From positions 96,001 through 160,000 of the forward strand of contig CAVVXN010000005.1 of NCBI GenBank assembly GCA_963752285.1: a stretch of 64,000 nt of DNA, in the 5' to 3' direction. This DNA is from an uncultured Planctomycetota bacterium. Its GTDB lineage: Bacteria; Planctomycetota; PLA2; JAEUHO01. Position 1 is the first letter of the stretch. Each line of letters opens with the position of its first letter. A program made the position numbers and the translations under genes. This document shows, in pieces, positions 35,279-45,566 of the stretch. The notes beneath the pieces were generated by a model that saw only the letters and a program-made list of their open reading frames with translations, was not told the origin of the DNA and made no database searches.

Positions 35279-36543
35279 GGCGCGGGCTCCTCGGGCTCGC
35301 CGAGACCGAAGAGCGAGCGGAGGTGCTCGGCCGTCGGCATCGAGGGGTCTTCCTTCTCCATGCCCTTCACCACACGCGCGGTGGGTCGGGCGAGGAGCTT
35401 CTGGACGAGGCGCTTCGTCAGCTTCTCGACCGCCGCGCGGACCTCGCCGTTCACGTGCTCCGGGAGGTACGAGAGCTCGCTCTGTCGCACCTGCTCGGCC
35501 CAGGCCGTGATGGTCTGGATCGTCGGCATCGCCGCGAGCGTGCGGTACCACGCGCGGAACTCGCCGTACTCCTGGGCGAGGATCGTCTCGACCTCGGGCA
35601 CGGCCTCGCGGCGCTGCGAGAGCGAGCTCGCGACGATCTCCTCGAGCGCGTCGAGGTGGTAGAGGAACACGCCGGGCAGGTCGCCGATCGACGGTTCGGC
35701 GATGCGCGGTACACAGAGGTCCACGATGAGGAGCGGGTCGCGACGCTTCGTGAGGGCGGTCTCGACCGCGGTGCGGTCGAGCGGCCGCGCGCCGCCGGCC
35801 AGCACGACGACGTGCGTGCGCGCGATCTCGGACGGCACGTCCTCGAGCCCGAGGACCCCCGCCCGAGGGAGCATCCCCGCCAGCTCCTCGGCGTGCGACC
35901 GGGTGCGGTTCGCGACCATGTAGCGTCCGTCGCCGGAGGCCGCGAGCGCCAGCGCCGTCTGCCGCGCCATCTGTCCCGCGCCCACGACGAGCACGTCGCG
36001 GCCGGCCACGCTGCCGAACACACGCTGCGCCACGCGTGCCGCGGCGCTGCCGTGCGAGACGCCCCCGGACGAGATCCGCGTCTCGCTCCGCGCGCGCTTG
36101 CCGGCGCGGAGCGCGCTTCGGGCGAGCCGGTCGAGCACCTTGCCGGCCGTGCTCGCCTTGAGCGCCGCCTCGTGCGCGGCGCTCACCTGGCCCTGGATCT
36201 CGGTCTCGCCGAGGATCGCCGACTCGAGGCCCGCGGCGACGCGGAAGAGGTGGCGCGCCGCGGTCTCGCCCTCGCGCACGCGGAGCACGGTGGTGTCGAG
36301 GCCCTTCGCGCCCGGGAGCACGTCGCCGAGCGCCTCCACGACGAGGTCCGAACCGTCCGCGCGCGCCGTCACGACGTAGAGCTCCGTGCGGTTGCACGTC
36401 GCGACGAGCATCGCCTCGTCGGCCCACGACCGGGCGCAGACCTGACGCAGGAGGTCGGAGATGCCGCCCGGCGGGACCGCGAGCCCGTCGCGCACCTCGA
36501 TGGGCGCGACGTGGTGGTCGATGCCGACGAGGAAGAGGTCCAC
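35275..36543 (-). CDS. hemA: Glutamyl-tRNA reductase
   Basis: ATCNRTELY, HLFRVAAGLESAILGETEIQGQV, VGAGQM, ANRT, DLCVPR. Confidence 0.95.
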   Translation of the reverse strand: MDLFLVGIDHHVAPIEVRDGLAVPPGGISDLLRQVCARSWADEAMLVATCNRTELYVVTARADGSDLVVEALGDVLPGAKGLDTTVLRVREGETAARHLFRVAAGLESAILGETEIQGQVSAAHEAALKASTAGKVLDRLARSALRAGKRARSETRISSGGVSHGSAAARVAQRVFGSVAGRDVLVVGAGQMARQTALALAASGDGRYMVANRTRSHAEELAGMLPRAGVLGLEDVPSEIARTHVVVLAGGARPLDRTAVETALTKRRDPLLIVDLCVPRIAEPSIGDLPGVFLYHLDALEEIVASSLSQRREAVPEVETILAQEYGEFRAWYRTLAAMPTIQTITAWAEQVRQSELSYLPEHVNGEVRAAVEKLTKRLVQKLLARPTARVVKGMEKEDPSMPTAEHLRSLFGLGEPEEPAP

Positions 36544-36546
36544 GGC

Positions 36547-37344
36547 CTACCCCCAGGCCACCAGCGGGTGGACGAGGAGCAGCGCGACGAGCACGACCAC
36601 GAGGCCCATGAGGTTGAGCCATGCCGCCATGCGCCCGCGGAGCGGGCGCCGCCACCAGATCCACGACGCGGCGAGGAGGAGGAGGAAGCACGCGGCCGTG
36701 AGGCCCACGAGCACGGTCGTCCCGGGAGGCGCCTCCTCGTTTCGGGCCACGACCACGCCCAGCACCAGGGCCGGCCCCAGCAGGAACACGCCCAGGAACG
36801 AGGCGCGCCGGTCGAGTCGTTCGAAGCCGCGGAGGGAGGGCCCTTCGGCACCGTCTTGTCCGAGCACGCCGCGCTTCACCCTCCGGTACTGGCCGAGGTA
36901 GCCGCCCGCGAGGAGCCCGCCCGCGAGGACGGCGGCGGTGCCCATCAGCGAGAGCCCGACGTGGAACGTGCGGATCGTGTCGTGGGCCATGTCCGCCGCG
37001 CGTCCCGCGTGGATCAGGCCCGGAGCGCCGAGGGCCGCGAGCAGCGTCGCCGCCGCGTAGAAGCCCCCGCCGTGCGTCGCGACGCGGCTCGTCGCCTCGA
37101 GCACCAGGTAGAGCGCGCCGAGCGAGAACGCGAGGAACGAGAGCGACTGGCTCGGTGTGGCGAACGGGCTCCGGCCGATGATCCGCGAGAGCAGGATCAG
37201 GCCCAGGAGGTGCGCTCCGACCGCCAGCGGGCCGAGGAGTCGGGCCCACACGGGCGGCGGCTCGCGGCGGCGGCGGGCCTCCAGGTACGCGGTGGCGACG
37301 GCGGAGTACAGCGCCACCACCAGGACCAGGATCGGGGTGCCCAT
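36547..37344 (-). CDS. CcsA/HemX-family cytochrome c assembly membrane protein
   Basis: About 8 TM segments; PFAT, FHVGLSLMG and PSLRGFERL motifs; typical position directly upstream of hemA. Confidence 0.75.
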   Translation of the reverse strand: MGTPILVLVVALYSAVATAYLEARRRREPPPVWARLLGPLAVGAHLLGLILLSRIIGRSPFATPSQSLSFLAFSLGALYLVLEATSRVATHGGGFYAAATLLAALGAPGLIHAGRAADMAHDTIRTFHVGLSLMGTAAVLAGGLLAGGYLGQYRRVKRGVLGQDGAEGPSLRGFERLDRRASFLGVFLLGPALVLGVVVARNEEAPPGTTVLVGLTAACFLLLLAASWIWWRRPLRGRMAAWLNLMGLVVVLVALLLVHPLVAWG

Positions 37345-37437
37345 TCCGGCCCATGTTCGCGGACGATCCGGGGAGGGGGAAGGGAAGCCCGTGCGTCACG
37401 CGGGGTCCCTTCACGAGGGGCGAGAGCGTGAGCCGGA

Positions 37438-37489
37438 GGGGGTGCGGGGGAGGCACGCGGGGGAGCGGGGGAGTCGGGGGAGCCGGGGG
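37438..37489 (+). repeat. Six closely spaced G5 runs (potential G-quadruplex)
   Basis: GGGGG starting at 37438, 37446, 37459, 37467, 37476 and 37485, with 3-8 nt loops. Confidence 0.7.
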
Positions 37490-37537
37490 TGCGGAGGCGG
37501 CCCGGGGCGCGGGGCGGCGCGTGGTAGGGTTCCCCCC

Positions 37538-37834
37538 ATGCCCGCGAAGAAGGCCGGTCCGCCGCCTGCCCCCGTCGCCGCCGAGGGCCCGTCTTTCGAG
37601 GAGCGACTGGCCGCCCTCGAAGGCGTCGTGAAGGACCTCGAGGGCGAGGATCTCTCCCTCGAGGCGTCGATCGCCCGCTATCGGGAGGGCGTCCGGCACC
37701 TCGAGGCCTGCCGCGCGCTCCTCGACGAGGCGGAACGCCGACTGGTCGAGCTGACACGGGGCGCCGCCGGCGAGACGGCCGAGCGCGCCCTCCGGGTCGG
37801 CGACGAGGGCCTCGAGCCCGACGACCCGGCGTGA
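37538..37834 (+). CDS. xseB: Exodeoxyribonuclease VII small subunit
   Basis: SFEERLAALEGVVKDLEGEDLSLEASIARYREGVRHLEACRALLDEAERRL. TAGGGT lies 7 nt before the ATG. Confidence 0.92.
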   Translation: MPAKKAGPPPAPVAAEGPSFEERLAALEGVVKDLEGEDLSLEASIARYREGVRHLEACRALLDEAERRLVELTRGAAGETAERALRVGDEGLEPDDPA

Positions 37835-37862
37835 CGGCCCGCGCGGCGGGCGTGCCGCGCGA

Positions 37863-38771
37863 TCAGCGATCGCGGTGGGTCACGAGGCGCGCGAGCTCGT
37901 CGAGGAGGCGCGCCCCCGGGAGCGAACGGACCGCCTCCACGGCCGCGGCGACCTCGGCCTCGGCCTTCGCGCGGGCGCCCTCCACGCCGGCGAGGGACAC
38001 CCACGTCATGCGGTGCTCGACCGCGTCCTTGCCCGGGGTCTTGCCCAGGGCCTCCGCGGTCCCCACCACGTCGAGCACGTCGTCGATCATCTGGAACGCG
38101 AACCCGAGGTGCGTCCCGTAGCGACCGAGGGCGTCCACCTGCTCCGGGTTGCCCCCGCCGACGAGGCCGCCGCCCCGACACGCGCCGCGGATCAGCGCCG
38201 CGGTCTTGCCGGCCTGCACGCGGCGCAGCGTCTCCTCGTCGGGCGCGTGGCCGCTCGCGGCGAGGTCCTCGGCCTGTCCGCCGACCATGCCCTTCGGGCC
38301 GGCCGCGTGGGCGAGCTCGTACGCGACCGCCCGGCACACGTCGGGCGGCCCGAGGCTCTCGAGGAGGTGCTCGAACGCGAACGTGTGGAGCGCGTCGCCC
38401 GCGAGGATCGCCATCGCCTCGCCGAACACCTTGTGGCTCGTGGGTCGGCCCCGCCGCAGGTCGTCGTCGTCCATCGCCGGGAGGTCGTCGTGGATCAAGG
38501 AGTACGTGTGGATCATCTCGAGCGCGGCGCCGAAGGGGAGCGTCGGCCCCGGCGTGCCGCCGACCGCTTCGGCGCTCGCCATCGCCAGCGCGGGACGGAG
38601 CCGCTTCCCGCCCGCGAGGACCGAGTAGCGCATCGCCTCGGCGAGCGGGGCGAGCGGGCCCTCGACCGAGGGAAGCACGCGATCCAGATACGCGTCCACC
38701 GCCCGGCGCGCGGTCTCGAGGAACGCGCGCGCGTCGGTGGGCCCGTCCGGGGTCGCGGCCGCGTGGGTCAT
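37863..38771 (-). CDS. ispA: Farnesyl/geranylgeranyl diphosphate synthase
   Basis: GGKRLRP, HTYSLIHDDLPAMDDDDLRRGRPTSH, KT, FQMIDDVLD. The start could instead be 38783. Confidence 0.93.
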   Translation of the reverse strand: MTHAAATPDGPTDARAFLETARRAVDAYLDRVLPSVEGPLAPLAEAMRYSVLAGGKRLRPALAMASAEAVGGTPGPTLPFGAALEMIHTYSLIHDDLPAMDDDDLRRGRPTSHKVFGEAMAILAGDALHTFAFEHLLESLGPPDVCRAVAYELAHAAGPKGMVGGQAEDLAASGHAPDEETLRRVQAGKTAALIRGACRGGGLVGGGNPEQVDALGRYGTHLGFAFQMIDDVLDVVGTAEALGKTPGKDAVEHRMTWVSLAGVEGARAKAEAEVAAAVEAVRSLPGARLLDELARLVTHRDR

Positions 38772-38859
38772 TTGGGGCGCCATCTTCGGGCCGGACGGGG
38801 GCGCGGCCAAGTCAAAGCGCCGCGATCGCCGGCGCGAGGGCCGAGCCCCGCTGGCAATC

Positions 38860-40176
38860 TCAGTACCGATAGGCGTCCGGCTTGTAGGGACCGTCCTGCG
38901 GGACGCCGAGGTACGCGGCCTGCGCGTCGGAGAGTCGCGTCAGATGCACGCCGAGCTTCTCGAGGTGCAGGCGGGCGACCTCCTCGTCGAGGCTCTTCGG
39001 GAGCACGTGGACGCCGAGGGGGAGCGGCGGCTTCGACGTCCAGAGGAGGATCTGCGCGAGGACCTGGTTCGTGAACGAGGCCGACATCACGAACGAGGGG
39101 TGACCCGTCGCGCAACCGAGGTTCACGAGACGACCCCGCGCGAGGAGGATCAGGTACCGCCCGTCGGCCCGGCGGAAGCGGTCCACCTGGGGCTTCACGC
39201 TCTCCTCGGTGATGCCGCCGGTGGTCTCGAGCCAGTGGACGTCGATCTCGTGGTCGAAGTGGCCGATGTTGCAGAGGATCACGTTGTCCTTCATCGCGAG
39301 CATGTGCTCGCTCCGGACCACGTCCTTGCAGCCGGTGGCGGTGACGAAGATGTCGCCGACGGGGGCGGCCTCCTCCATCGTCACGACCTCGTACCCCTCC
39401 ATGGCCGCCTGGAGCGCGCAGATCGGGTCGATCTCGGTGACGAGCACGCGCGCGCCGAGGCCGCGCATCGACTGGCAGCAGCCCTTGCCGACGTCGCCGT
39501 ACCCGGCGACGACGACGACCTTCCCGGCCACCATCACGCCCGTCGCGCGCTTCAGTCCGTCGGCGAGCGACTCTCGGCAACCGTACAGGTTGTCGAACTT
39601 CGACTTCGTGACCGAGTCGTTCACGTTCACGGCGGGGATCCGGAGCGTGCCTCTCTCGTGGGCCTGGTAGAGGCGGTGGACGCCCGTCGTCGTCTCCTCG
39701 GAGAGGCCCTGGACGCCGGGGACCAGCTCGGGGTGCCGGTCGTGGACGATCCAGGTGAGGTCGCCGCCGTCGTCGAGGAGCAGGTTCGGACCGCGGCCGT
39801 CGGGCCACTGGAGCGTCTGCTCGATGCACCACTCGTACTCCTCGAGGGTCTCGCCCTTCCAGGCGAAGACGGGGACGCCGGCCTTCGCGACCGCGGCCGC
39901 CGCGTGGTCCTCCGTCGAGTAGATGTTGCAGGACGACCACCGAACCTCGGCCCCGAGGTGCACGAGCGTCTCGATCAGGATCGCCGTCTCGACGGTCATG
40001 TGGAGGCATCCGGCGATCCGCGCGCCGGCCAGGGGCTTCGTCTTCCCGTACCGCTCGCGGAGCGCCATCAGCCCGGGCATCTCGGGCTCGGAGATGGCGA
40101 TCTCCATGCGTCCGGCCCCGGCCAGGGCGATGTCCTTCACCTTGTAGTCGGTGGGGGTCGTGGTCATCGGCGTCAT
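38860..40176 (-). CDS. ahcY: Adenosylhomocysteinase
   Basis: [80 protein letters not shown] before the ATG at 40176. Confidence 0.97.
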   Translation of the reverse strand: MTPMTTTPTDYKVKDIALAGAGRMEIAISEPEMPGLMALRERYGKTKPLAGARIAGCLHMTVETAILIETLVHLGAEVRWSSCNIYSTEDHAAAAVAKAGVPVFAWKGETLEEYEWCIEQTLQWPDGRGPNLLLDDGGDLTWIVHDRHPELVPGVQGLSEETTTGVHRLYQAHERGTLRIPAVNVNDSVTKSKFDNLYGCRESLADGLKRATGVMVAGKVVVVAGYGDVGKGCCQSMRGLGARVLVTEIDPICALQAAMEGYEVVTMEEAAPVGDIFVTATGCKDVVRSEHMLAMKDNVILCNIGHFDHEIDVHWLETTGGITEESVKPQVDRFRRADGRYLILLARGRLVNLGCATGHPSFVMSASFTNQVLAQILLWTSKPPLPLGVHVLPKSLDEEVARLHLEKLGVHLTRLSDAQAAYLGVPQDGPYKPDAYRY

Positions 40177-40294
40177 CGATCGTCCTCGGGTTCGAAGGCG
40201 CCGCGGTACGCGGCGCGCGACCTGCCTGCAACCCTCGGCGAGGCCGCTCGGCGGGGGCGAGCCGGGCCACGCACCCTGGTATGGTACGCGGCCC

Positions 40295-41233
40295 ATGGGG
40301 CCCGATCGCTTCGCCGTCGCCGAGCTCCGGGAGTCCCTCGGCCGCCCTCTGCCCGAGCTCCCCTGCAAGTACCTCTACGACGATCGGGGGAGCGAGCTCT
40401 TCGACGAGATCACGACGCTCGAGGAGTACTACCCCACCCGCGTCGAGACCTCGATCCTCGAGGGATCGGGCGACGCCATCATCGAGGCCGTCCGCCCCCG
40501 CGAGCTGGTCGAACTCGGCTCGGGCGCGGGCCGGAAGATCCAGATCCTCCTCGACGCGATGGCCCGCCGCGGGCTCTTGGAACGGGTCCTCCTCCTCGAG
40601 ATCAACGAGCGGTTCCTCGCGACCTCGGTGCAGTCGCTCGAGGCCGGTCACCCGGGGCTCCGGGTCGTCGGGATCCCCGGCGACTTCGAGCGCGACCTCA
40701 TCCGGCTCGGCCTCGGCGGAGACCGGCTGATCCTGCTCCTCGCGAGCACGATCGGGAACCTCGCGCCCGACGAGGCGGGGCGGTTCGTCGGGCGCGTCGC
40801 GCGTCAGATGGCCGCGCGGGACGCCTTCCTCGTCGGATTCGACCTGATCAAGGACAAGGCCGTCCTCGAACGCGCCTACAACGACGGGCGTGGCGTGACC
40901 GCCGCGTTCAACCGGAACATCCTCCGCGTGGTGAACGCGCGCTTCGGCGGCGACTTCGACGTGGACGCCTTCGAGCACGTCGCGTTCTACGACGAGGCGA
41001 ACGCGTGGATCGAGATGCGGCTTCGCGCCACGAAGCCGACGCGCGCGCGCGTCGATGCCGTCGGCGTGTCGCTCGCCTTCGACGCCGGCGACGAGATCCG
41101 GACCGAGATCTCGTGCAAGTACGACCGCGCGCGGGCCGAGGCCGTCGCCAGGGTCGGCGGGCTCGTCCTCGATCGCTGGGACACCGACCCGGAGGGTCGG
41201 TTCGCCCTCGGGCTCCTGCGTCGCGCCTCGTGA
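40295..41233 (+). CDS. egtD: L-histidine N-alpha-methyltransferase (EgtD family)
   Basis: [58 protein letters not shown]. Confidence 0.9.
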   Translation: MGPDRFAVAELRESLGRPLPELPCKYLYDDRGSELFDEITTLEEYYPTRVETSILEGSGDAIIEAVRPRELVELGSGAGRKIQILLDAMARRGLLERVLLLEINERFLATSVQSLEAGHPGLRVVGIPGDFERDLIRLGLGGDRLILLLASTIGNLAPDEAGRFVGRVARQMAARDAFLVGFDLIKDKAVLERAYNDGRGVTAAFNRNILRVVNARFGGDFDVDAFEHVAFYDEANAWIEMRLRATKPTRARVDAVGVSLAFDAGDEIRTEISCKYDRARAEAVARVGGLVLDRWDTDPEGRFALGLLRRAS

Positions 41234-41294
41234 ACGGGGCCGCACGAACGTCCTCCGGCTTCCGCCCCGGGGCCGGGGCGGTACCCTTCCTCCG

Positions 41295-42182
41295 ATGAAG
41301 CGCACCGTCCTGATCGTCGGCGACCGGCGGAAGCAGGGCGTTGCGGAGGCGGTGGCCACCCACCGCCCCGCCCTCGAGCGCGTCTTGGACGTCGTGGGCG
41401 TGGACCTCGACGAGGAGATCGACCTCGCCACGGCCGAGGCCGACCTCGTCCTCGTGTTCGGCGGCGACGGCTCGATCCTCCACGTTGCCCGTCGCCTCGG
41501 GAGGAACCCCCTCCCGGTGCTCGGAGTGAACTACGGGCACATCGGGTTCCTCGCCGACCTCGAGCCCCAGGACCTCGACCAGGGCATCCGGCGGTGGCTC
41601 GAGGGACGCCACGTCCTGTCCGAACGCCGACGCTTCCTCGTCCGTTTCCTCCGGAACGGCGAGGAGGTCTGGAAGCTCCTCGCGTTCAACGACGTGGTGG
41701 TCGGACGCCGGCAGCTGGGAGGGATGGTGGACGTGGACGTCGGCATCGACGGGCGGCCCGCCGTCACCTTCTCGGGGGACGGGCTCATCGTGGCCACGGC
41801 GTCGGGCTCCACCGCACACGCGCTCGCCGCGGGCGGGCCGCTGGTCGAGCCGACGACCGACGCGGTGCTCCTGGTCCCGATCGCGCCCCACGCTCTGAGC
41901 GCGCGGTCCCTCGTGTTGCAGAGCATGCGGCGGATCCAGCTCTCCGTGCGGAGCCGGCACCGGCTCGGCGACGTCACGGTGGACGGGGCGCCCCCGCAGC
42001 CGCTCGAGCCCGGCGACGTCGTGGACGTCAGCGACGCGAAGGCGCCGCTCCGGCTCGTCCACGCGTCCGGGCGCTCCTTCTACGACGCGCTGCGGCACAA
42101 GCTCGGGTGGCGCGGCCGCTCGAACTACGGCCGTCACGGCGGGGAGGCGTGGGAAGAGGAAGCGGAGCCGCCCGCCCCGTGA
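41295..42182 (+). CDS. nadK: NAD(+) kinase
   Basis: GGDGSIL, GVNYGHIGFL, FND, GDGLIVATASGSTAHALAAGGP, PIAPH. Confidence 0.93.
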   Translation: MKRTVLIVGDRRKQGVAEAVATHRPALERVLDVVGVDLDEEIDLATAEADLVLVFGGDGSILHVARRLGRNPLPVLGVNYGHIGFLADLEPQDLDQGIRRWLEGRHVLSERRRFLVRFLRNGEEVWKLLAFNDVVVGRRQLGGMVDVDVGIDGRPAVTFSGDGLIVATASGSTAHALAAGGPLVEPTTDAVLLVPIAPHALSARSLVLQSMRRIQLSVRSRHRLGDVTVDGAPPQPLEPGDVVDVSDAKAPLRLVHASGRSFYDALRHKLGWRGRSNYGRHGGEAWEEEAEPPAP

Positions 42183-43081
42183 AGACCTCGCGCGCCCCCG
42201 CGCCGATCGGTTCCGAGATCGACCCGGTCCTCTTCCCGCCGGCCTTCCTCCGACTCCTGGCGGTCGTGCCGCGCGCGGTCGAGCGCCTGAGGACCGGCGT
42301 CGCGGAAGGGCGGCGCGCGTCGCCCGGCGAGGGGGGGCGCTACCTGTTCCGCGGCCACCGCGCCTACCGGCCCGGCGACGACCCCCGGCGCGTGGACTGG
42401 AAGGTGGCGGCGCGGCTCGGCCGCCTCCTCGTCCGCCAGTTCGACGCCGAGCGCGACGCGCTCACGGAGGTCTGGCTCGACGGCAGCGCGTCGATGGCGC
42501 CGCTCGGCGGCCGCGTCGCGAGCGCGCGCGCCGCGGCCATCGCCTGCGCGGTGGGCCTCGCGTCCGAGGGGCGCGCGCGGCTCGGCATCGTCGCGGACGG
42601 ACACGCGGACCTCCTGCTCGAGGCCGACCGACCCGGTCGGTTGCGCGCGTTCCTCGGCGCGCTCTCGGCGCGCGCGCCCGGCGGACGCGCGGACCTCGCG
42701 CAGGCGCTTCCGCGACTCGTCCGCCGCGTGCCGTGGGGCGCGCGGCTCCTCTTCGTTTCCGACCTCCTCTCGCGCGCGGACCCCGGCGTGCTCCACACCC
42801 TCGCCGGACGCGGCCTCCGCGGCGCGGTGCTCCACCTGCGCCTGCCCGAGGTGTACGCGCCCGAGCCGACGGAGGGCGTGACCGTGCGCGACGCCGAGAC
42901 GGGCGAGGAGCGGGCGCTCGCGCTCGACCGGGCGGGCGCCGCGCGCGTCGCCGCCGCCGCCGCCCGGCACGGCGACCGCTGGGCGCGGCACGCCGCCGCC
43001 GTGGGGCTCCTCTACCTGCCGTTCGCCCCGAGCACGCCCGAAGAGGTGCTCCTCCGGCGGCTCGTGGAGGAGGTCCCATGA
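42179..43081 (+). CDS. DUF58 domain protein (vWA-like)
   Basis: FRGHRAYRPGDDPRRVDWKVAAR, LDGSASM, VSDL, VRDAETGE. The GTG overlaps the nadK stop. Confidence 0.88.
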   Translation: MKTSRAPAPIGSEIDPVLFPPAFLRLLAVVPRAVERLRTGVAEGRRASPGEGGRYLFRGHRAYRPGDDPRRVDWKVAARLGRLLVRQFDAERDALTEVWLDGSASMAPLGGRVASARAAAIACAVGLASEGRARLGIVADGHADLLLEADRPGRLRAFLGALSARAPGGRADLAQALPRLVRRVPWGARLLFVSDLLSRADPGVLHTLAGRGLRGAVLHLRLPEVYAPEPTEGVTVRDAETGEERALALDRAGAARVAAAAARHGDRWARHAAAVGLLYLPFAPSTPEEVLLRRLVEEVP

Positions 43082-44620
43082 GCCTCGCGGCGCCCTGGGC
43101 GCTCGCCGGGCTCGTCGTCCTCCCGGTGCTGTACCTCCTCCACCGACGCCGCCGTCGCGTGCCGCCGGTCGTGATGCCGTCGCTCCTCTTCCTCTCGGAC
43201 GAGGCGACGGCGCACCCGCCGCGTCGGCGCCGGGTGGACGCCGAGCTCCTCCTGACGCTCGCGGCCGGGCTGCTCCTGGTCGCCGCCGCGACCGGTCCGT
43301 CGATCGTCGTCAACCCCGCGTCGCGCACGTTCCGCGTCGTGGTGTCGGGGGGCGCGCCGCTCCTCGCACGGAGCGTACGCGCGGCGTCGGACGGCGTCGT
43401 CGGCGCGATCGAGGCGGCCCGTCGTCCCGGCGACCGCGTGGACGTCCACGTCGTGCCCGAGGCGGGGCCCGACCGACCGCGGCCCGACGCGGGCGACCTG
43501 ATCGGCGTCGCGTGCGCCGGTGAGGCCGCCTGGCGCGCGGTCGTGTCGGACCGCCCGTCGCCCCCGACGCCCGGCGTCCACTGGATCGAGGTCGGCCGGG
43601 CCGAGACGCGAAACGCCGGGATCGTGCACGCGACGGTCCTGCCCGCGGAGGGGGGGCTCCAGGTCTTCGCGAACGTCGGCGTCGTCGCGCCGGAGGCCCT
43701 CGATCTCGAGGTCGTCGTCACGGCGGACGGGCGGGAGGCCGGACGGCGGGCCGAGCGTCTCGAGGACGGCGGCTACCTCGCCGCGACGTTCGCGGTGCCC
43801 GCCGAGACCGAGGACGTCGAGGTGCGCCTCGCGTCCTCCGACGGCGGCGCGTGGTCGGACGCGCTCCCGGCCGACGACGTCGTGCGCCTCTCCCGCCGGC
43901 CGCTCGCGCTCTACGTGGCGCCGGACGTGCCGCCGGCGATCGCGAGCGCGTTCTCGCGCGCCCTCGTCGCGGCGGTCGGCGCGGGCGGTGTCCGCGAGGT
44001 CCCCGAGGCGGATTCGGAGCTCGCCGTGCAGGTCGCGCCGCCCTCCGAAGGACACGGGCGGCTGGTCGTTGGTCCTCCATCCGCTCGCGCCGGGCGAGGC
44101 CGCGGTCTTCGCGCCCGACGCCCCCGACCTCCTTCGTCCCGACCCCCTCGTCCGCGACCTCTCCACGGCGGGCGTGACGCTCCGCTACGCGCGCTCCGCA
44201 CTCGGAGTCGGGGGCGAGGTGCTTCTCGGCCGCGGCGCGGCCTGGCCCGTCGTGGTCCGGACGGGGCGCGTCGTCCACTTCCTCCCCGACCCGGTCTCGG
44301 GCGCGCCGTCGCCCGCGGACGCCCCGCTCTGGCCGCTCTTCGTGGACGACCTCGCCCGGGTCGTGCACGGGCGCGCGGCGGGGTCCGCGCCGGGCTGGCG
44401 CGTGACCGGGCTCCTCGACCCCGACGCGAGCGCCCTCGGACGCCGCGCGTCGCCCTTCGACACGGGGACGCTCGCCGACGTGCCACCGGACCGCGCGCCC
44501 GACCGCATCCCGCTCCGCGTCCCGCTGGCCCTCGCGGCCCTCCTCGCGCTCGCGGGGCTCTGGATCGCGCCCGCGCTCCGGGTCGGCGAGCGGCGCCGTT
44601 TCGTCCCCCGCACCGACTGA
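43078..44620 (+). pseudogene. BatA N-terminal-domain membrane protein with an apparent frameshift near 44045
   Basis: PWALAGLVVLPVLYLLHRRRR...PSLLFL (BatA N-terminus). Coding character moves to the 43520..44620 frame (KDTGGWSLVL...PLWPLFV...C-terminal TM). Probably an intact gene with an assembly indel. Confidence 0.65.
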
Positions 44621-44636
44621 CGGTACCCTCGACCGC

Positions 44637-45563
44637 ATGACCGGCGTGCCCCCGTCCCTCGAAGACCGCGCCCGCGGGGCGCTCCTCGGGCTCGCGTGCG
44701 GCGACGCGCTCGGCGCGCCGCTCGACGGCATGGGAAGGGAGTCGGCCCGCATCCGTCACGGCCGGGTGGACCGGTTCCTCGGCGGCGGGCAGCACCTCCT
44801 CGCGCCGGGCGACGTGACCGCGCGGGCGCTCCTCGCGCGTGCGCTCGCGACCACGCTCCTCGAGGGGCCGCCGTCCGTCGAGCGGGCGCTCGACGCGTAC
44901 GAGGCGGTGGCGCGCTCGGGCGCGGTCGGCCTCGGCGACGTCACGCGCGCCGTGCTGTCGCGGATCGCGTCGGGCACGGACCGCGCCGTCGCCGTCGCAG
45001 AGGCGCATGCAACGCTCGAGCGTCGTTCCGCGGGGATTGGGCCGGCGATCCGCGCCGTGCCCCTCGCGCTCCGGCTCCACGCCGAGCCCGAAGCGCTCGT
45101 CGAGGCGGTGCTCGCGGACGCGCGGTCCACCCACGCCGATCCGCGCGCGCACGCCGCGGCGGTCGCGCTCGCGCTCTGGGTGCGCGCGCACCTCGCCGGC
45201 GAGGACGACCCGGTCGTCGCGCTCGACGCGGTCCGCGAGGCGATGGCGCTCCGTCCCGAGCTGCCCGACGTGCTCCCCGCGCCGGCCGCGGTGTCGGGGT
45301 ACCCGGTCCGCGCGACGGCCTTCGCACCGGACGTGCTCCACGCCGTCGCCCGCCACGTCCTCGGCGCGCGGACCGTGGAGGCCGCCATCGTCGGCGCGGC
45401 GAACGAGGCCGGGCAGGCGTCCGCGATCGGAGCCGCCACGGGCGCGGTGGCCGGCGCACGGTTCGGCGCGGCGGCGCTGCCGAGGCGGTGGACCACGCTC
45501 CTCCGCGGAGCCGCGACGTGGCGGGCGCTCGCCGACCGGCTCGTCGCGGTCCCCGCGGCGTAG
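44637..45563 (+). CDS. ADP-ribosylglycohydrolase-family protein lacking the metal-binding acidic residues
   Basis: DRARGALLGLACGDALGAP, STH and GAVAGARFGAAALP are retained; TDD is replaced by TAR, GNG by GIG and DxDT by QASA. Confidence 0.85.
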   Translation: MTGVPPSLEDRARGALLGLACGDALGAPLDGMGRESARIRHGRVDRFLGGGQHLLAPGDVTARALLARALATTLLEGPPSVERALDAYEAVARSGAVGLGDVTRAVLSRIASGTDRAVAVAEAHATLERRSAGIGPAIRAVPLALRLHAEPEALVEAVLADARSTHADPRAHAAAVALALWVRAHLAGEDDPVVALDAVREAMALRPELPDVLPAPAAVSGYPVRATAFAPDVLHAVARHVLGARTVEAAIVGAANEAGQASAIGAATGAVAGARFGAAALPRRWTTLLRGAATWRALADRLVAVPAA

Positions 45564-45566
45564 CGC

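Noticed and set aside
40177..40294. SAH riboswitch upstream of ahcY
   Set aside because: The position fits, but I could not match the conserved GAGGAGCG...AGGCUC...CGCUC elements. An Infernal/Rfam scan would decide.
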